From the IMG/VR virus record IMGVR_UViG_3300025117_000061, positions 12,111-76,110 of that record: a stretch of 64,000 nt of DNA; one strand, given 5' to 3'. Shown piece by piece: positions 1 to 9,591 of this stretch; position 1 is the stretch's first letter, and each line of letters opens with the position of its first letter. The notes under the pieces were generated by a model. That model did no database searches and had not been told where the DNA came from. It saw only the letters and a program-made list of their open reading frames with translations. Origin of the DNA: a virus. A program made the position numbers and the translations under genes.

Positions 1-3
1 AGA

Positions 4-219
4 ATGGCGTGCTTATTGAATCACCACAAGGTCTTAAACGAAGCGGGTGAGGGCAAATGTTCGGTCCCGATGTGGCAAGGGGGAATGCCAGCCGGTTTTT
101 GTGACATAGTAGCTTATGGGAGGCAGGAACCAAAACAGCGTAGATATGACGGATACTGCCCTGCCTTGGCTTGTTATGGGCATGGTGGGCCGCTTGAACG
201 GAAGGATGGTGAAAAGTGA
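4..219 (+). CDS. hypothetical phage protein (Cys-rich, may be 5' partial)
   Basis: ORF overlaps next start (GTGA); same strand as operon. Confidence 0.5.
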   Translation: MACLLNHHKVLNEAGEGKCSVPMWQGGMPAGFCDIVAYGRQEPKQRRYDGYCPALACYGHGGPLERKDGEK

Positions 220-473
220 GCGAGCACAAGACGAGGTTTGAGATCGGTGAAGAGGTGTTTACGGTACGAAACGATGACGAAATGGTGAGGGGGGAAATCT
301 CATGGCGGAAAATCGTTACCAATGCCGGTAATGATTCGGTGGAATATTGCATCGTTGGACGGGCTTCATGGACTGCGGATGAATCTCGCGTCATGACCCG
401 TTCCGAGGCCATGGCTTGGTACTGGAAAAAAGCCACGGACGATTTCATGGCCCTGTTTGGAGGCGCGCGATGA
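216..473 (+). CDS. hypothetical phage protein
   Basis: 85 aa; coupled start/stop overlaps on both sides. Confidence 0.6.
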   Translation: MSEHKTRFEIGEEVFTVRNDDEMVRGEISWRKIVTNAGNDSVEYCIVGRASWTADESRVMTRSEAMAWYWKKATDDFMALFGGAR

Positions 474-652
474 AGATCATCTTCAAGCGCAACGCCAACG
501 ACCGCGAAATGTGGGACATGATCACAGAGGTCAAGTCCCAGGGGAAACGCACGGTATGGGCCACGATCCATGAGGACTTTTTGCCTGGAACATACGAGGA
601 TCGGTTGGACACAAACGAGGTCGTTTTGATCGCCGGGGTGGATGATGACTGA
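470..652 (+). CDS. hypothetical phage protein
   Basis: GGAGG SD then ATGA overlap at 470. Confidence 0.6.
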   Translation: MKIIFKRNANDREMWDMITEVKSQGKRTVWATIHEDFLPGTYEDRLDTNEVVLIAGVDDD

Positions 653-839
653 TTATTCCCGCGAGAAGCATGAGGCATTACGAGACCAAGACCAGCCACC
701 GATCAATCCGAGATACTACCGGAGATACGCCGACGTGGTTGACCGCATGGGGGTGTGGTGGTTGGAAGAGAAGGTGTTGGAGTGGGATCATCCTGAGACT
801 GTGCCGAGAAGGAGGGGAGTCAGTGGGCGTAGAGAATAA
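642..839 (+). CDS. hypothetical phage protein
   Basis: 65 aa ORF filling the gap in the operon. Confidence 0.45.
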   Translation: MMTDYSREKHEALRDQDQPPINPRYYRRYADVVDRMGVWWLEEKVLEWDHPETVPRRRGVSGRRE

Positions 840-1329
840 GTACCCGATTTATAGCACATCTGCAACGTGGATCGAGAAGGGCATGGATCACCCAAACAGC
901 ACATCTTTCCAGACCATGTTCCCAATCGGTACAACTATTGAGGGTGCCCGCCAAGATGCCATTCGGTGGTGGGATGCCTACCAGGAATCCACTGGATGGA
1001 ACAAGGACAAGCCCCCTCTCGGTGACCGGCTTATCGGATTGGTGTCCATTGAGGTGAGATATGTAGAGCATGAATCGTGGGTATCGGGATGGTTTCAGCA
1101 TATCACGAGGAATGTTCATTTGTCAGACGATGAAATATTGCAGTCGTTCTCCGATTTTGTGTCCAGAAAAACACGTCAAAACATAAGGAATGGCCACGAG
1201 TCCACGGACACGAACTTCGATAGCAAGCTTCCGTATCATTGCCTGATGGGGGCCGAAGACGAATGGCGGTGGAAACTTTGCCGGTGTGAGCACTGTCAAA
1301 AACGAGGGGTGGTCACCATTGACCATTAA
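823..1329 (+). CDS. hypothetical phage protein with C-terminal CxCxxC motif
   Basis: GGAGGGG SD before GTG 823; LMGAEDEWRWKLCRCEHC. Confidence 0.65.
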   Translation: MGVENKYPIYSTSATWIEKGMDHPNSTSFQTMFPIGTTIEGARQDAIRWWDAYQESTGWNKDKPPLGDRLIGLVSIEVRYVEHESWVSGWFQHITRNVHLSDDEILQSFSDFVSRKTRQNIRNGHESTDTNFDSKLPYHCLMGAEDEWRWKLCRCEHCQKRGVVTIDH

Positions 1330-1344
1330 GAAGGAGGGGAGAGC

Positions 1345-2226
1345 GTGAATGAAGAGAGGCAGCGATTCATAGGCGGGTCAGACATTGCGGCCATCTGTGG
1401 GTTGTCTCCCTGGAAGACAGCCTTTCAGGTGTGGCAAGAAAAAGTGGGGGAGTCTGAGGGGCAATCTGACAACGATGCCATGGCGTATGGTCGGCTCATG
1501 GAGTCTGTAATTCGTCAATGGTACAGCAACGAGACGGGAAGAGTGGTTGTCGTTCCAGATACGAAATTGATTCACCCGAAGTACCCGTTCATCTGTGCAT
1601 CTCTGGACGGGATAGCCGATATGAAGCGGATAGTTGAGATCAAGACCACGCGTAGCGGATCTGATTGGGGCGAGCCCGGAAGCGATGAGATCCCAGTGTA
1701 CTATCGGCTTCAAGTCGAACAGTATATGATGATTACCAAGCTTGAGGTGGCAGACGTTCCAGTCAGTGTTGCTGGGTCCATCCCTGTAATTTACGAGGTA
1801 GAGGCGGACATTGAAATTCAAGAGATGATCGTTGAGCAGGCCGTCTTGTTTTGGGGGATGGTGCAAAGGAGAGAACCTCCTGAGTTAGTTGGCATTCGGG
1901 ATGTTGTCGCCAAGTTTGGCCGGTCATCCATGGCGGGATTGGTGACGGCTACGCAAGACACGGAGATGGCAGTTGCTAAGATCAAACAGATTCGAGAGGA
2001 AATAGACAAACTCAAGAGCGAAGAGGATGCCTTGAAGTTCCTTGCCATGAAGGAAATAGGGGAGAAAGACACTTTGACGGCTATCAACGGAAGCCTCCTA
2101 GCCACGTGGAAGATGTCACGAAGCGGGAAGAAGTTTGACGAAGCGAGTTTCAAGAAAGACAATCCAGAACTGTACGCGAAGTATCTAAACGATAAACCTG
2201 GGTCCAGGAAATTTTTACTGAAATAG
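1345..2226 (+). CDS. YqaJ/lambda-exonuclease family recombination nuclease
   Basis: IGGSDIAAICGLSPWKT, ASLDG, VEIKT and YxxQVxxYM motifs; strong SD. Confidence 0.93.
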   Translation: MNEERQRFIGGSDIAAICGLSPWKTAFQVWQEKVGESEGQSDNDAMAYGRLMESVIRQWYSNETGRVVVVPDTKLIHPKYPFICASLDGIADMKRIVEIKTTRSGSDWGEPGSDEIPVYYRLQVEQYMMITKLEVADVPVSVAGSIPVIYEVEADIEIQEMIVEQAVLFWGMVQRREPPELVGIRDVVAKFGRSSMAGLVTATQDTEMAVAKIKQIREEIDKLKSEEDALKFLAMKEIGEKDTLTAINGSLLATWKMSRSGKKFDEASFKKDNPELYAKYLNDKPGSRKFLLK

Positions 2227-2237
2227 GAGAAAAACAC

Positions 2238-3272
2238 ATGAATGAAGTAGCTAATCCATACGGAAACATTGCCGTAACGACTCCGCAAAGAACCGGAATG
2301 GCCGTTGATGTCGAAAGTGCAAGAGCAGTGGCAGAGGTTCAGGCCATGGTGCTCATGGCCAAGAGGTTTCCTAGAGATCCCATTCAGGCCACCGAGCGAA
2401 TCTTGAACGAATGTCAGCGCCAAGGATTGGCAGAAGTGGCTATTTACAGTTACGCAAGGGGTGGCACGGACATTGCTGGCCCATCCATTCGCCTTGCCGA
2501 GGCGATTGCAAGAGCGTGGGGCAATCTTGATGTCGGGGTCAAGGAACTTTCTCAATCCAATGGTCAATCCGAGATGATGTCATATTGTTATGACATGGAA
2601 ACAAACGTCCGGCACGTGAAGCTCTTCACCGTGAAGCACGAGAGGTTTACCAAGAAAGGGTCCTACAAACTCGAAGACCCAAGGGACGTGTACGAGCAAA
2701 CCGCAAACCAAGCCGCAAGGCGCCTTCGAGCCGTTATCTTGGCGGCAATCCCAGGAGACGTGATAGAGGCTGCGGTGTCTCAGTGTGAGCAGACCTTGAA
2801 GGCCAAGGCCGACACATCTCCCGAAGCCGTAAAGAAGATGGTTGAGAAATTCTCGGAGATCCAAGTTACGAAAGATCAGATCGAAAAGAGAATCCAGCGT
2901 CGAGTGGACGCCATAACCCCGGCTCAGATCATATCTCTCCGTAAGGTATACAACTCCATCAATGACGGGATGAGCGTGGCTTCTGACTGGTTTGAAGTTG
3001 TGGACGCATCGGAAACCCCGATGGATAATCTTAAGACTGGTACTGAAAAGGCCAAGGAGGCCTTGAAGCGTGGCCGCAAGCCCAAGGATCAGTCCACAAC
3101 CGAGCCTACGGGAATTAAGGCAGAACCGGCAGTCGTGGTTGATGAGCCCGACGAGCTGGTTGATTGCCCAAACGGGGACCGGATGAAGGCGAGTTACTGC
3201 AACCAGGGATGCTCAAGCCGCGAAAACTGCCCGGCATGGCCCGAACGCGAGCCCGGTCAAGACAGTGAATAG
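2238..3272 (+). CDS. putative ssDNA-annealing protein (recombinase partner of YqaJ)
   Basis: directly follows exonuclease; AEVQAMVLMAKRFPRD and GPSIRLAE motifs seen in phage proteins at this position; acidic disordered tail. Confidence 0.7.
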   Translation: MNEVANPYGNIAVTTPQRTGMAVDVESARAVAEVQAMVLMAKRFPRDPIQATERILNECQRQGLAEVAIYSYARGGTDIAGPSIRLAEAIARAWGNLDVGVKELSQSNGQSEMMSYCYDMETNVRHVKLFTVKHERFTKKGSYKLEDPRDVYEQTANQAARRLRAVILAAIPGDVIEAAVSQCEQTLKAKADTSPEAVKKMVEKFSEIQVTKDQIEKRIQRRVDAITPAQIISLRKVYNSINDGMSVASDWFEVVDASETPMDNLKTGTEKAKEALKRGRKPKDQSTTEPTGIKAEPAVVVDEPDELVDCPNGDRMKASYCNQGCSSRENCPAWPEREPGQDSE

Positions 3273-3291
3273 TACAAGGGAGGGACATCCA

Positions 3292-3753
3292 ATGTCGGTA
3301 ATTCCAGAATTTGGAGACAACATCACCACGTTTCAACTTGGGTCGCTCATAGAGAGAACCGGGAAGGCACTCCAACAGCTTCCAATGGCATCAATCAAGA
3401 ACGCTGAGGAGTATGCCGTAGAAGCCATCCAGGGGCTTGAAGGCAGGTTAAAGGCCACGCTCCAATACTTGCAGACCTTTGAAGCCAAGGTTAATGAGAT
3501 CGAGAGAGAGGCTTATGAGGTAACTGAGGCCGCATATTCCAAGATGTACGAGCATCGCAAGCGGCTTGAGAAGAAACTTTCCGAGCTTCCAAAGGTCGAA
3601 TTCCCCAAAAACCTGAACCTCTATGAGCTCAAGAATTTTCTGGATGTAGCCGACAAACTCTGCGCTATGTCTGATCGTTCATGGGAGCGTCTTGTGAAAA
3701 TCATGGAACTGTATAACCAAAGACCCGACTCGGTTGTACCAGAAACGGAATAG
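3292..3753 (+). CDS. hypothetical coiled-coil protein
   Basis: GGGAGGGA SD; helical heptad-like composition. Confidence 0.65.
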   Translation: MSVIPEFGDNITTFQLGSLIERTGKALQQLPMASIKNAEEYAVEAIQGLEGRLKATLQYLQTFEAKVNEIEREAYEVTEAAYSKMYEHRKRLEKKLSELPKVEFPKNLNLYELKNFLDVADKLCAMSDRSWERLVKIMELYNQRPDSVVPETE

Positions 3754-3799
3754 CCAACCACGCAATGGCCGGGTCACCACGACCGGCCAAGGAGGGGAT

Positions 3800-4780
3800 A
3801 TGTTGAAGCTTATTGCAGTAGTAACGCCAACGTTTACATACCTGAGCGATTCGGAAGAAAACAGGAATTCACTTAGAACGTCAATTGAAAAGATGGAATT
3901 TGACGGAGCAATTCCACTTTCAACGTTTCATCCCAAGTGGGTTCGTGTAAATCACCTGCCAAAAAATATTCAAGAATGGAAGGCACAGCCCAACATCAAC
4001 AAGCGGTGGGAACTCAAAGACAAAGATCTCGCTTCGGACAAGATTCCCCTTGTTCTGTTGCCGGAAGACGTTGGTGAGTACCGTGACGAAGAATATGATT
4101 GGCACTGGAAGGAAGGAATGGACACGTTGAGACCGCTCTATGAGATGCTGTCCGATCCTGCTCCACCCGCGCTGATTAATGTGCCATTCGAAATCGTTCA
4201 ACGCATTGATCTTGACGATGTGATTGACTTCAAGGGTTTTAGCTACCCGGTAAAGCGCGACGGGATATGGGACAAGAAAACTACTCCGGTGACCGACAAA
4301 GATGTGAGCCATCAACTTCTTGATCGGATACTCTTCCCGGAAATTGTCCTGGCATCCAGACCGTGCAAGCTTTCATCGAGAGACAGTTACGATATCGTCA
4401 GGTGCCATGTCCAAAACAACATCGACCCCAAGTATGCCAAGATTACCTCGGACTACGATTTTTGTTTCGCCGTGGAGAAATTGCTTCGATACCACGAGCC
4501 GATCCAGTACCAATATGACGCTAATTGGGCCAAGAAACGAGCGAGGCCCAAAATGGTAACGTCATATCGCCAACATCGAACCATGAAGGTTTTTGAAATG
4601 ACATGGAGTCCGGAGAACTACAAGGGCTATTCGCCCATCCAGGGATTCCAGGGAGATAGCCATGAAGATCTACACGCCAATATTGAGGCATACTTGACGG
4701 CACTTATACACGAGATCAACAAACCGATTATGGATTGCCCTACGTGTAAGGGATCTGGCGTAATTGTTGATCCACAATAA
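3800..4780 (+). CDS. hypothetical phage protein with C-terminal CPTCKGSG zinc knuckle
   Basis: AAGGAGGGG SD; 326 aa ORF. Confidence 0.75.
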   Translation: MLKLIAVVTPTFTYLSDSEENRNSLRTSIEKMEFDGAIPLSTFHPKWVRVNHLPKNIQEWKAQPNINKRWELKDKDLASDKIPLVLLPEDVGEYRDEEYDWHWKEGMDTLRPLYEMLSDPAPPALINVPFEIVQRIDLDDVIDFKGFSYPVKRDGIWDKKTTPVTDKDVSHQLLDRILFPEIVLASRPCKLSSRDSYDIVRCHVQNNIDPKYAKITSDYDFCFAVEKLLRYHEPIQYQYDANWAKKRARPKMVTSYRQHRTMKVFEMTWSPENYKGYSPIQGFQGDSHEDLHANIEAYLTALIHEINKPIMDCPTCKGSGVIVDPQ

Positions 4781-4796
4781 GGAGGGGAATAAACAT

Positions 4797-5054
4797 ATGG
4801 ATCTAATTTGCCCGTATTGTGAAGCCAAAATGGAAGATCCAGACGATAATATTAACCACAATGTTTCGGATCATGAATGGCGATGTGGCTATTGCGATAA
4901 AAATTTCATTTTCAGCGTGGAGTATGAACCGATTTACACCTCACACCAGGTGCCTTGTTTGAACGGTGAGCCTCATGATTATCAACCGGCAACGAACGTC
5001 AATTATGTGATTTGTCGGCATTGTCACAAGGCAAAGTTGAAGGAGGCAATATGA
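4797..5054 (+). CDS. zinc-ribbon protein
   Basis: CPYC...CGYC...CRHC; AAGGAGGGG SD. Confidence 0.7.
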   Translation: MDLICPYCEAKMEDPDDNINHNVSDHEWRCGYCDKNFIFSVEYEPIYTSHQVPCLNGEPHDYQPATNVNYVICRHCHKAKLKEAI

Positions 5055-5118
5055 GAAAATCCCAAACAGAAGCCCTGCAAGCCGCGCTGGTCGAGTGCTA
5101 AAAAAGGGGGGGGATAAC

Positions 5119-5355
5119 ATGGTGACACGTGATCAACATCGCAAATTTGGGGACGCCTTCCTGCAATCCATAATCGAATGGATCAAAGAAAACATCGAGC
5201 CGGACGAGGTGTTTGGTGAAGAGGCGATGGAGGCCGTCAAGAAGCAATGGTGTAAGGACTATGCGAGCACTCACTTTGCGCCCTGGGAGCTTTTTGCTCG
5301 TTCCGATTTGGAAGCGTGGGCAGAAGATGAGGGATTTGTGGAGGCCAGCGAATAA
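5119..5355 (+). CDS. hypothetical acidic protein
   Basis: G-rich SD; 78 aa. Confidence 0.6.
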   Translation: MVTRDQHRKFGDAFLQSIIEWIKENIEPDEVFGEEAMEAVKKQWCKDYASTHFAPWELFARSDLEAWAEDEGFVEASE

Positions 5356-5367
5356 GGAGATGGGGAT

Positions 5368-5772
5368 ATGCCAAGCAAAGTCAACGACCCAATGACTGCG
5401 GAGAAGTTCAGGAAAGAGCTTCAAAATATAATGCCTGGGTATAAGTGGACGATCCGCCGGGGAAGTCGCATTTATAGATGTCCCGAAATTACCAGTTTTG
5501 GAGCAACCGGCATACAGTCGGCAGGATTCAATCGGATTTCCACTTTGGAAGTGATTTACAGGAAGAAGGACGGGAAGGTCGAGTACGAAGTGAAAAGCTC
5601 CGGTTTTGGCGTGAAAGCGCCGTGGGGTCATGAATGCACAAGGGAGACGCTTGCTCGGGCATTAAGGGGTTTGCAGGACCACTATGAGAATCAATCATGC
5701 CATTACGGAAGGCTCGCATCGGACTTGGAAGCGGGCAGAAAAAAGTCGGAGGATATAAATGGCAAAAAGTGA
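5368..5772 (+). CDS. hypothetical phage protein
   Basis: SD present; 134 aa. Confidence 0.65.
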   Translation: MPSKVNDPMTAEKFRKELQNIMPGYKWTIRRGSRIYRCPEITSFGATGIQSAGFNRISTLEVIYRKKDGKVEYEVKSSGFGVKAPWGHECTRETLARALRGLQDHYENQSCHYGRLASDLEAGRKKSEDINGKK

Positions 5773-5923
5773 CCCAGTAACCGTATTCGTAAACGCCGGC
5801 AACGAGATCTGGATACCCAAGAGCCAGATCGAGGATGATTTTGATTGGGACTCTTTTGAGCGCGGCGACATCCTGGACCTCGATATCCCGGAGTGGCTTG
5901 CGGAAGACAAGGGGTTGTGGTGA
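5759..5923 (+). CDS. small acidic phage protein (not in ORF track)
   Basis: GGAGG SD; MAKSDPVTVF...IWIPKSQI...IPEWLAEDKGLW; TGATG coupling to next gene. Confidence 0.7.
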   Translation: MAKSDPVTVFVNAGNEIWIPKSQIEDDFDWDSFERGDILDLDIPEWLAEDKGLW

Positions 5924-6753
5924 TGAGCGGAAAAACCAATATTGAATGGACGGATTACTCATGGAATCCCATTGTGGGCTGCTCTAAGTGCAGTCCGGGT
6001 TGCCTCAACTGCTACGCCGAGCGCATGGCATGCCGACTCGCGCACATGAATATCAGGGCTTACCAGGACGTGACCGAGGGCGATGAGGATAACTGGTTTC
6101 GACGCTGGAACGGGAAAACTGAGTTCCGGCCCGAAGAGCTCAAGAAGCCCTTGCGATGGAAAAAACCGCGCCGGATTTTCGTGTGCTCCATGGGGGACCT
6201 CTTCCACGAGACGGCTGATTTTAAGAATATCCTATCGGTTTTTTCTATCATGGAGCGATGCCGGCAGCACACGTTTGTGGTGCTCACCAAACGGCCTCAG
6301 CGCATGCTCGATTTCTGCGGTAACTATGGAATTGGGAGCGGTAATGTGTGGCCGTCAAATATATGGGCCGGAGTGACGACCGAGAACCAGAAGATGGCCG
6401 ATGAGCGCATTCCGCTCCTCCTTCGGGTTCCGGCGCCAATCCATTTTATTAGCGTCGAGCCAATGCTTTCAGGGGTTAATATCCAAAGGTATTTTCGAGG
6501 CCACAAAACCGGAGCGGATATTCCGCAAGGATGGTTTCGACTTCACGGGATTGACTGGACCATCTGCGGTTCCGAGACTGGGCCAGGCGCAAGGCCAATG
6601 GCGATTGAGTGGGCAAAATCGCTCCGGGATCAGTGCGTATCGGCAAAGGTTCCTTTTTTCTTCAAAAAAATGATCCTGGCATCAGGTCAAAAAGAGCACA
6701 CGCTGAACGGCCAAACGTGGGAGCAATTCCCGGAGGTGCCGCATGGCGAGTAG
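5923..6753 (+). CDS. phage Gp37/Gp68 (DUF5131) radical-SAM-like protein
   Basis: TNIEWTDYSWNPIVGCSKCSPGCLNCYAE, IFVCSMGDLFH, LTKRP, SVEPML, WTICGSETG, PFFFK. Confidence 0.92.
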   Translation: MSGKTNIEWTDYSWNPIVGCSKCSPGCLNCYAERMACRLAHMNIRAYQDVTEGDEDNWFRRWNGKTEFRPEELKKPLRWKKPRRIFVCSMGDLFHETADFKNILSVFSIMERCRQHTFVVLTKRPQRMLDFCGNYGIGSGNVWPSNIWAGVTTENQKMADERIPLLLRVPAPIHFISVEPMLSGVNIQRYFRGHKTGADIPQGWFRLHGIDWTICGSETGPGARPMAIEWAKSLRDQCVSAKVPFFFKKMILASGQKEHTLNGQTWEQFPEVPHGE

Positions 6754-6807
6754 TGCGTTTCAATACGAGTTAGCCGGGCGGGCGGTGGATCTTTGGAGGG
6801 AGACGGC

Positions 6808-7359
6808 ATGAATGAGGGGACGAAATCGGTGTTATTCGGATGTCACAATCCCGTTTTGCACGGGCTGGCAGTGCTGCGAGCATGGAAGCAGGAATACGGC
6901 TCGTGGCCTGAATGGTGGCAGGTAGTCGGGATTTTTCTCCACGACATAGGCGTGTGGGGGCGTCAGTATTTAAGCGACGACGAGGCCAAGAAGGGTCATT
7001 GGATGAGAGGAGCGTGGAAGACTTGTTTTGTAGTCCTTCGGATTGGACAGTGGTTCCTTCGAGAGTCTTATAAAGACGCAAATCGCAGGGCATCGTATGC
7101 CTGGCTTTTTTGTGCAGGTCATTGTCCGAAAGAATCAGGATGGCCCCAAAGTAAGCTTGCCCGTGCCGATAAGAGATCATGGCTCGTGGCTCCGATGTGG
7201 TGGCTTTGGTGGAATTATTATGTGGAGTGGCATGGAAAGGGGATTGGCGTAACGCCTCCACCTGTGTGGCGAAAGTTGGTGGCCGAGAACCTGAAGCGTG
7301 AGAATCCTATGGGGAATCACGAACTTTACATGCGGAATCGAGTGAGGGAGACGGCATGA
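6808..7359 (+). CDS. hypothetical protein, possible HD-domain-like (LHDIG)
   Basis: H...H...HD...H...D pattern; strong SD. Confidence 0.6.
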   Translation: MNEGTKSVLFGCHNPVLHGLAVLRAWKQEYGSWPEWWQVVGIFLHDIGVWGRQYLSDDEAKKGHWMRGAWKTCFVVLRIGQWFLRESYKDANRRASYAWLFCAGHCPKESGWPQSKLARADKRSWLVAPMWWLWWNYYVEWHGKGIGVTPPPVWRKLVAENLKRENPMGNHELYMRNRVRETA

Positions 7360-7637
7360 TAGTAGACCATTGCTCTTTTTGTGGGCGACACAAATGGTAC
7401 GTTGACATGCTTTACACCGGGGTATCGGGTGCGGCTATCTGCTCGATGTGTATAGCGCGGAACTTGCGGAAAGTCGTGGGCGATATAACAGATCGTCGAG
7501 TATGGATCGAGCGAGCGCGGCTCGGCGAGCTTTCAGAGATTGGCTCATCCGGATTTTATGACGTGGTTGATTCCTTTTACGACTGGACGGACATGAGGGA
7601 TGTTTGGTGGGGAGACGAGAATCCGTTTGTGGCTTAA
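7356..7637 (+). CDS. ClpX C4-type zinc finger protein
   Basis: CSFCG-x(16)-ICSMCI pattern like ClpX N-domain. Confidence 0.7.
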   Translation: MIVDHCSFCGRHKWYVDMLYTGVSGAAICSMCIARNLRKVVGDITDRRVWIERARLGELSEIGSSGFYDVVDSFYDWTDMRDVWWGDENPFVA

Positions 7638-7741
7638 TGGGACGGCGGCATGAGCCGTTGCAGATGAGAGGATATGAAGGCATGAAAGATGAACTGGGAC
7701 ACATCATCGCTGTTATGTGCGGATTTTGCGAGAAAAAAGCC

Positions 7742-8102
7742 ATGGACAAGCAATTGTTGCATATTTTGCAACACTCTCTCGGCCTGGGTCAGTACGGCCA
7801 GGGGAAGCAATACCGTAACCATTTCGTGGCTGGTGACGACGACGCCGAAAAGTGCCGTGAGTTGGTTGGGATGGGATTCATGACCGAGCACCGAGCCAGT
7901 GAATTGACCGGGGGGAGATCCGCTTTTCCGAGTGACGCGGGCCGGCATTGATGCCGTGGCAGTTGAAAGTCCGAAGCCTCCAAAGCTTACTCGTGGGAAG
8001 AAAAGGTATCGGGCATATCTATCGGCGGATTCTGAAGAGACGTTTGGCGAGTGGCTGAAAAACCCTTATTGGGATGATTACCGGAAGAGGGCAGGCGGTT
8101 GA
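7742..8102 (+). pseudogene. phage protein gene frameshifted at a G6 run (7910-7915)
   Basis: LQHSLG...YRNHFV...ELTGG continues in the shifted frame as DPLFRVTRAGIDAV...PPKLTRGKKRYRAYLSADSEETFGEWL to TGA 8102. Confidence 0.7.
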
Positions 8103-8123
8103 TCTTTGGAGGGAGACGACGTG

Positions 8124-8498
8124 ATGGGACTATCGTGCAGTTGTCATGATTGGGATCGTAGTGATCCTGGGGCTTGGGCTTATTACTTTCCAGAGGATTT
8201 CACAATCTTTCCCGGTGTCGGGAAAAGTAAGCGGAGAACTCGTTGTTCGAGTTGCAAGAGACTGCTTTCCATTGGTTCCGAATGCCTTGAATTCCAGCGT
8301 ATCCGATCTCCGTATACCGAGATGGAGGAAAGATTTTCTGGAGAAGAGATTCCTATTCCATCGCTCTGGCATTGCTCTGAGTGTGGCGAACAATACCTCA
8401 ATCTGCATGATATTGGATACTGTCTGACCCCCGGGGATGACATGCGGGAGTGCCTGAGGGAATATCACCGGCTGACTGGGTTCAAAGCCTCGGTGTGA
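8124..8498 (+). CDS. Cys-rich zinc-binding hypothetical protein
   Basis: CSC, CSSC, CSEC; SD GGAGGGAG. Confidence 0.7.
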   Translation: MGLSCSCHDWDRSDPGAWAYYFPEDFTIFPGVGKSKRRTRCSSCKRLLSIGSECLEFQRIRSPYTEMEERFSGEEIPIPSLWHCSECGEQYLNLHDIGYCLTPGDDMRECLREYHRLTGFKASV

Positions 8499-8550
8499 GC
8501 GCGAAGGATCGCGGCTCCGGTTTTACGTTGACACCCCATAGGAAAATCCG

Positions 8551-8790
8551 ATGACAAAAACGAAAGCCAAGCGATGCAGGGAGCACCATATTTGCGACTG
8601 CCATCTTTATCAACTTGAGCAGGCACAAAAGGCCCTAGCGATAATCCAGACATGGGCGAAAGTCGATGCGGACCACATTGAATCGTGGATGAAGCGGCCG
8701 GCGCTGGATCGGGTAATGGATGCCGGCGATGTCCTGCTTAAGCTGCGACTGATCCAGGTGAAGGCCGAGGAGGGGCTTGAAAAGATTTGA
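8551..8790 (+). CDS. hypothetical protein
   Basis: CREHHICDC N-terminus. Confidence 0.55.
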   Translation: MTKTKAKRCREHHICDCHLYQLEQAQKALAIIQTWAKVDADHIESWMKRPALDRVMDAGDVLLKLRLIQVKAEEGLEKI

Positions 8791-8815
8791 CACTGAAAAC
8801 GGGCGGGGATAGATT
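8787..8815 (+). promoter_or_regulatory. sigma70-type promoter upstream of replication genes
   Basis: TTGACA(8787-8792)-17 bp-TAGATT(8810-8815). Confidence 0.7.
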
Positions 8816-9002
8816 GGTTGTGTCGTCGGCTGGAGTGACGCCTGGCTGGCAGATTTGTCCACATTACAACTGGAGCGCGCAACCTCATGAAACCCATAAT
8901 AGAATCGAGCCACCGAGACCGAGGGGGAACCTTGCTCCCATCTCTGCGCTCCGAACGTGAGAAGTACCCGCGTCAACTCGCTTTCGGTGGCTCGACTGTG
9001 CT

Positions 9003-9590
9003 ATGGAGTCAATTATGAGTGAAGAAATCAGAGGCGCCAATTCAAACGTTGTTGATGTATACTCCTTGGGGAATTGGGACAAGGAGGCCGACTCGGTATC
9101 TTACCTTGACAAGATCATCCGATCAACAAGTCTGTTCACGATCTATCCCGAAATAACCGGAAATCTCCTTTTTATGAAACCCCATCAGAAACAACAAGGC
9201 ATGCGAATAGACATGATTATCTCCCCTAAACCAGCAATGGTTTTGGCCGGATGGGATCGTGGAGCCATAGGAATCGAATGCAAGAAGTCGGGTGAAAAAA
9301 TAAATCATGCGTTCGCTCAAGCCTGCGACTATTCAAATACTCTGTGGCAGCTCCCGAATGGCTTTACTACCATGTGTGAGTTCTCTTTTTTGTGGCCATT
9401 TCCAAAAATGGGTGGATTTGCGGCTAGCCAGATGGCTCAATGTAAAATCGGTACACTTTCTCACAAAGATGGCAACTGGCCTGTATTGAAGTTCTTTTGT
9501 GGGGAATCAAAGGTTATCAAGATAGACCTGACAAACAATCAAGTAGAAATCGGGAAACTCAACTTCGGGAACAAAACTGGAAGCAGGTGA
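9003..9590 (+). CDS. PD-(D/E)XK restriction-endonuclease-like protein
   Basis: E...RIDMII...GIECKK...QACDY catalytic pattern. Confidence 0.6.
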   Translation: MESIMSEEIRGANSNVVDVYSLGNWDKEADSVSYLDKIIRSTSLFTIYPEITGNLLFMKPHQKQQGMRIDMIISPKPAMVLAGWDRGAIGIECKKSGEKINHAFAQACDYSNTLWQLPNGFTTMCEFSFLWPFPKMGGFAASQMAQCKIGTLSHKDGNWPVLKFFCGESKVIKIDLTNNQVEIGKLNFGNKTGSR

Positions 9591-9591
9591 G

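Noticed and set aside
5010-5030. CxxCH heme-c motif (CRHCH)
   Set aside because: Protein has no export signal and otherwise looks like a zinc ribbon.
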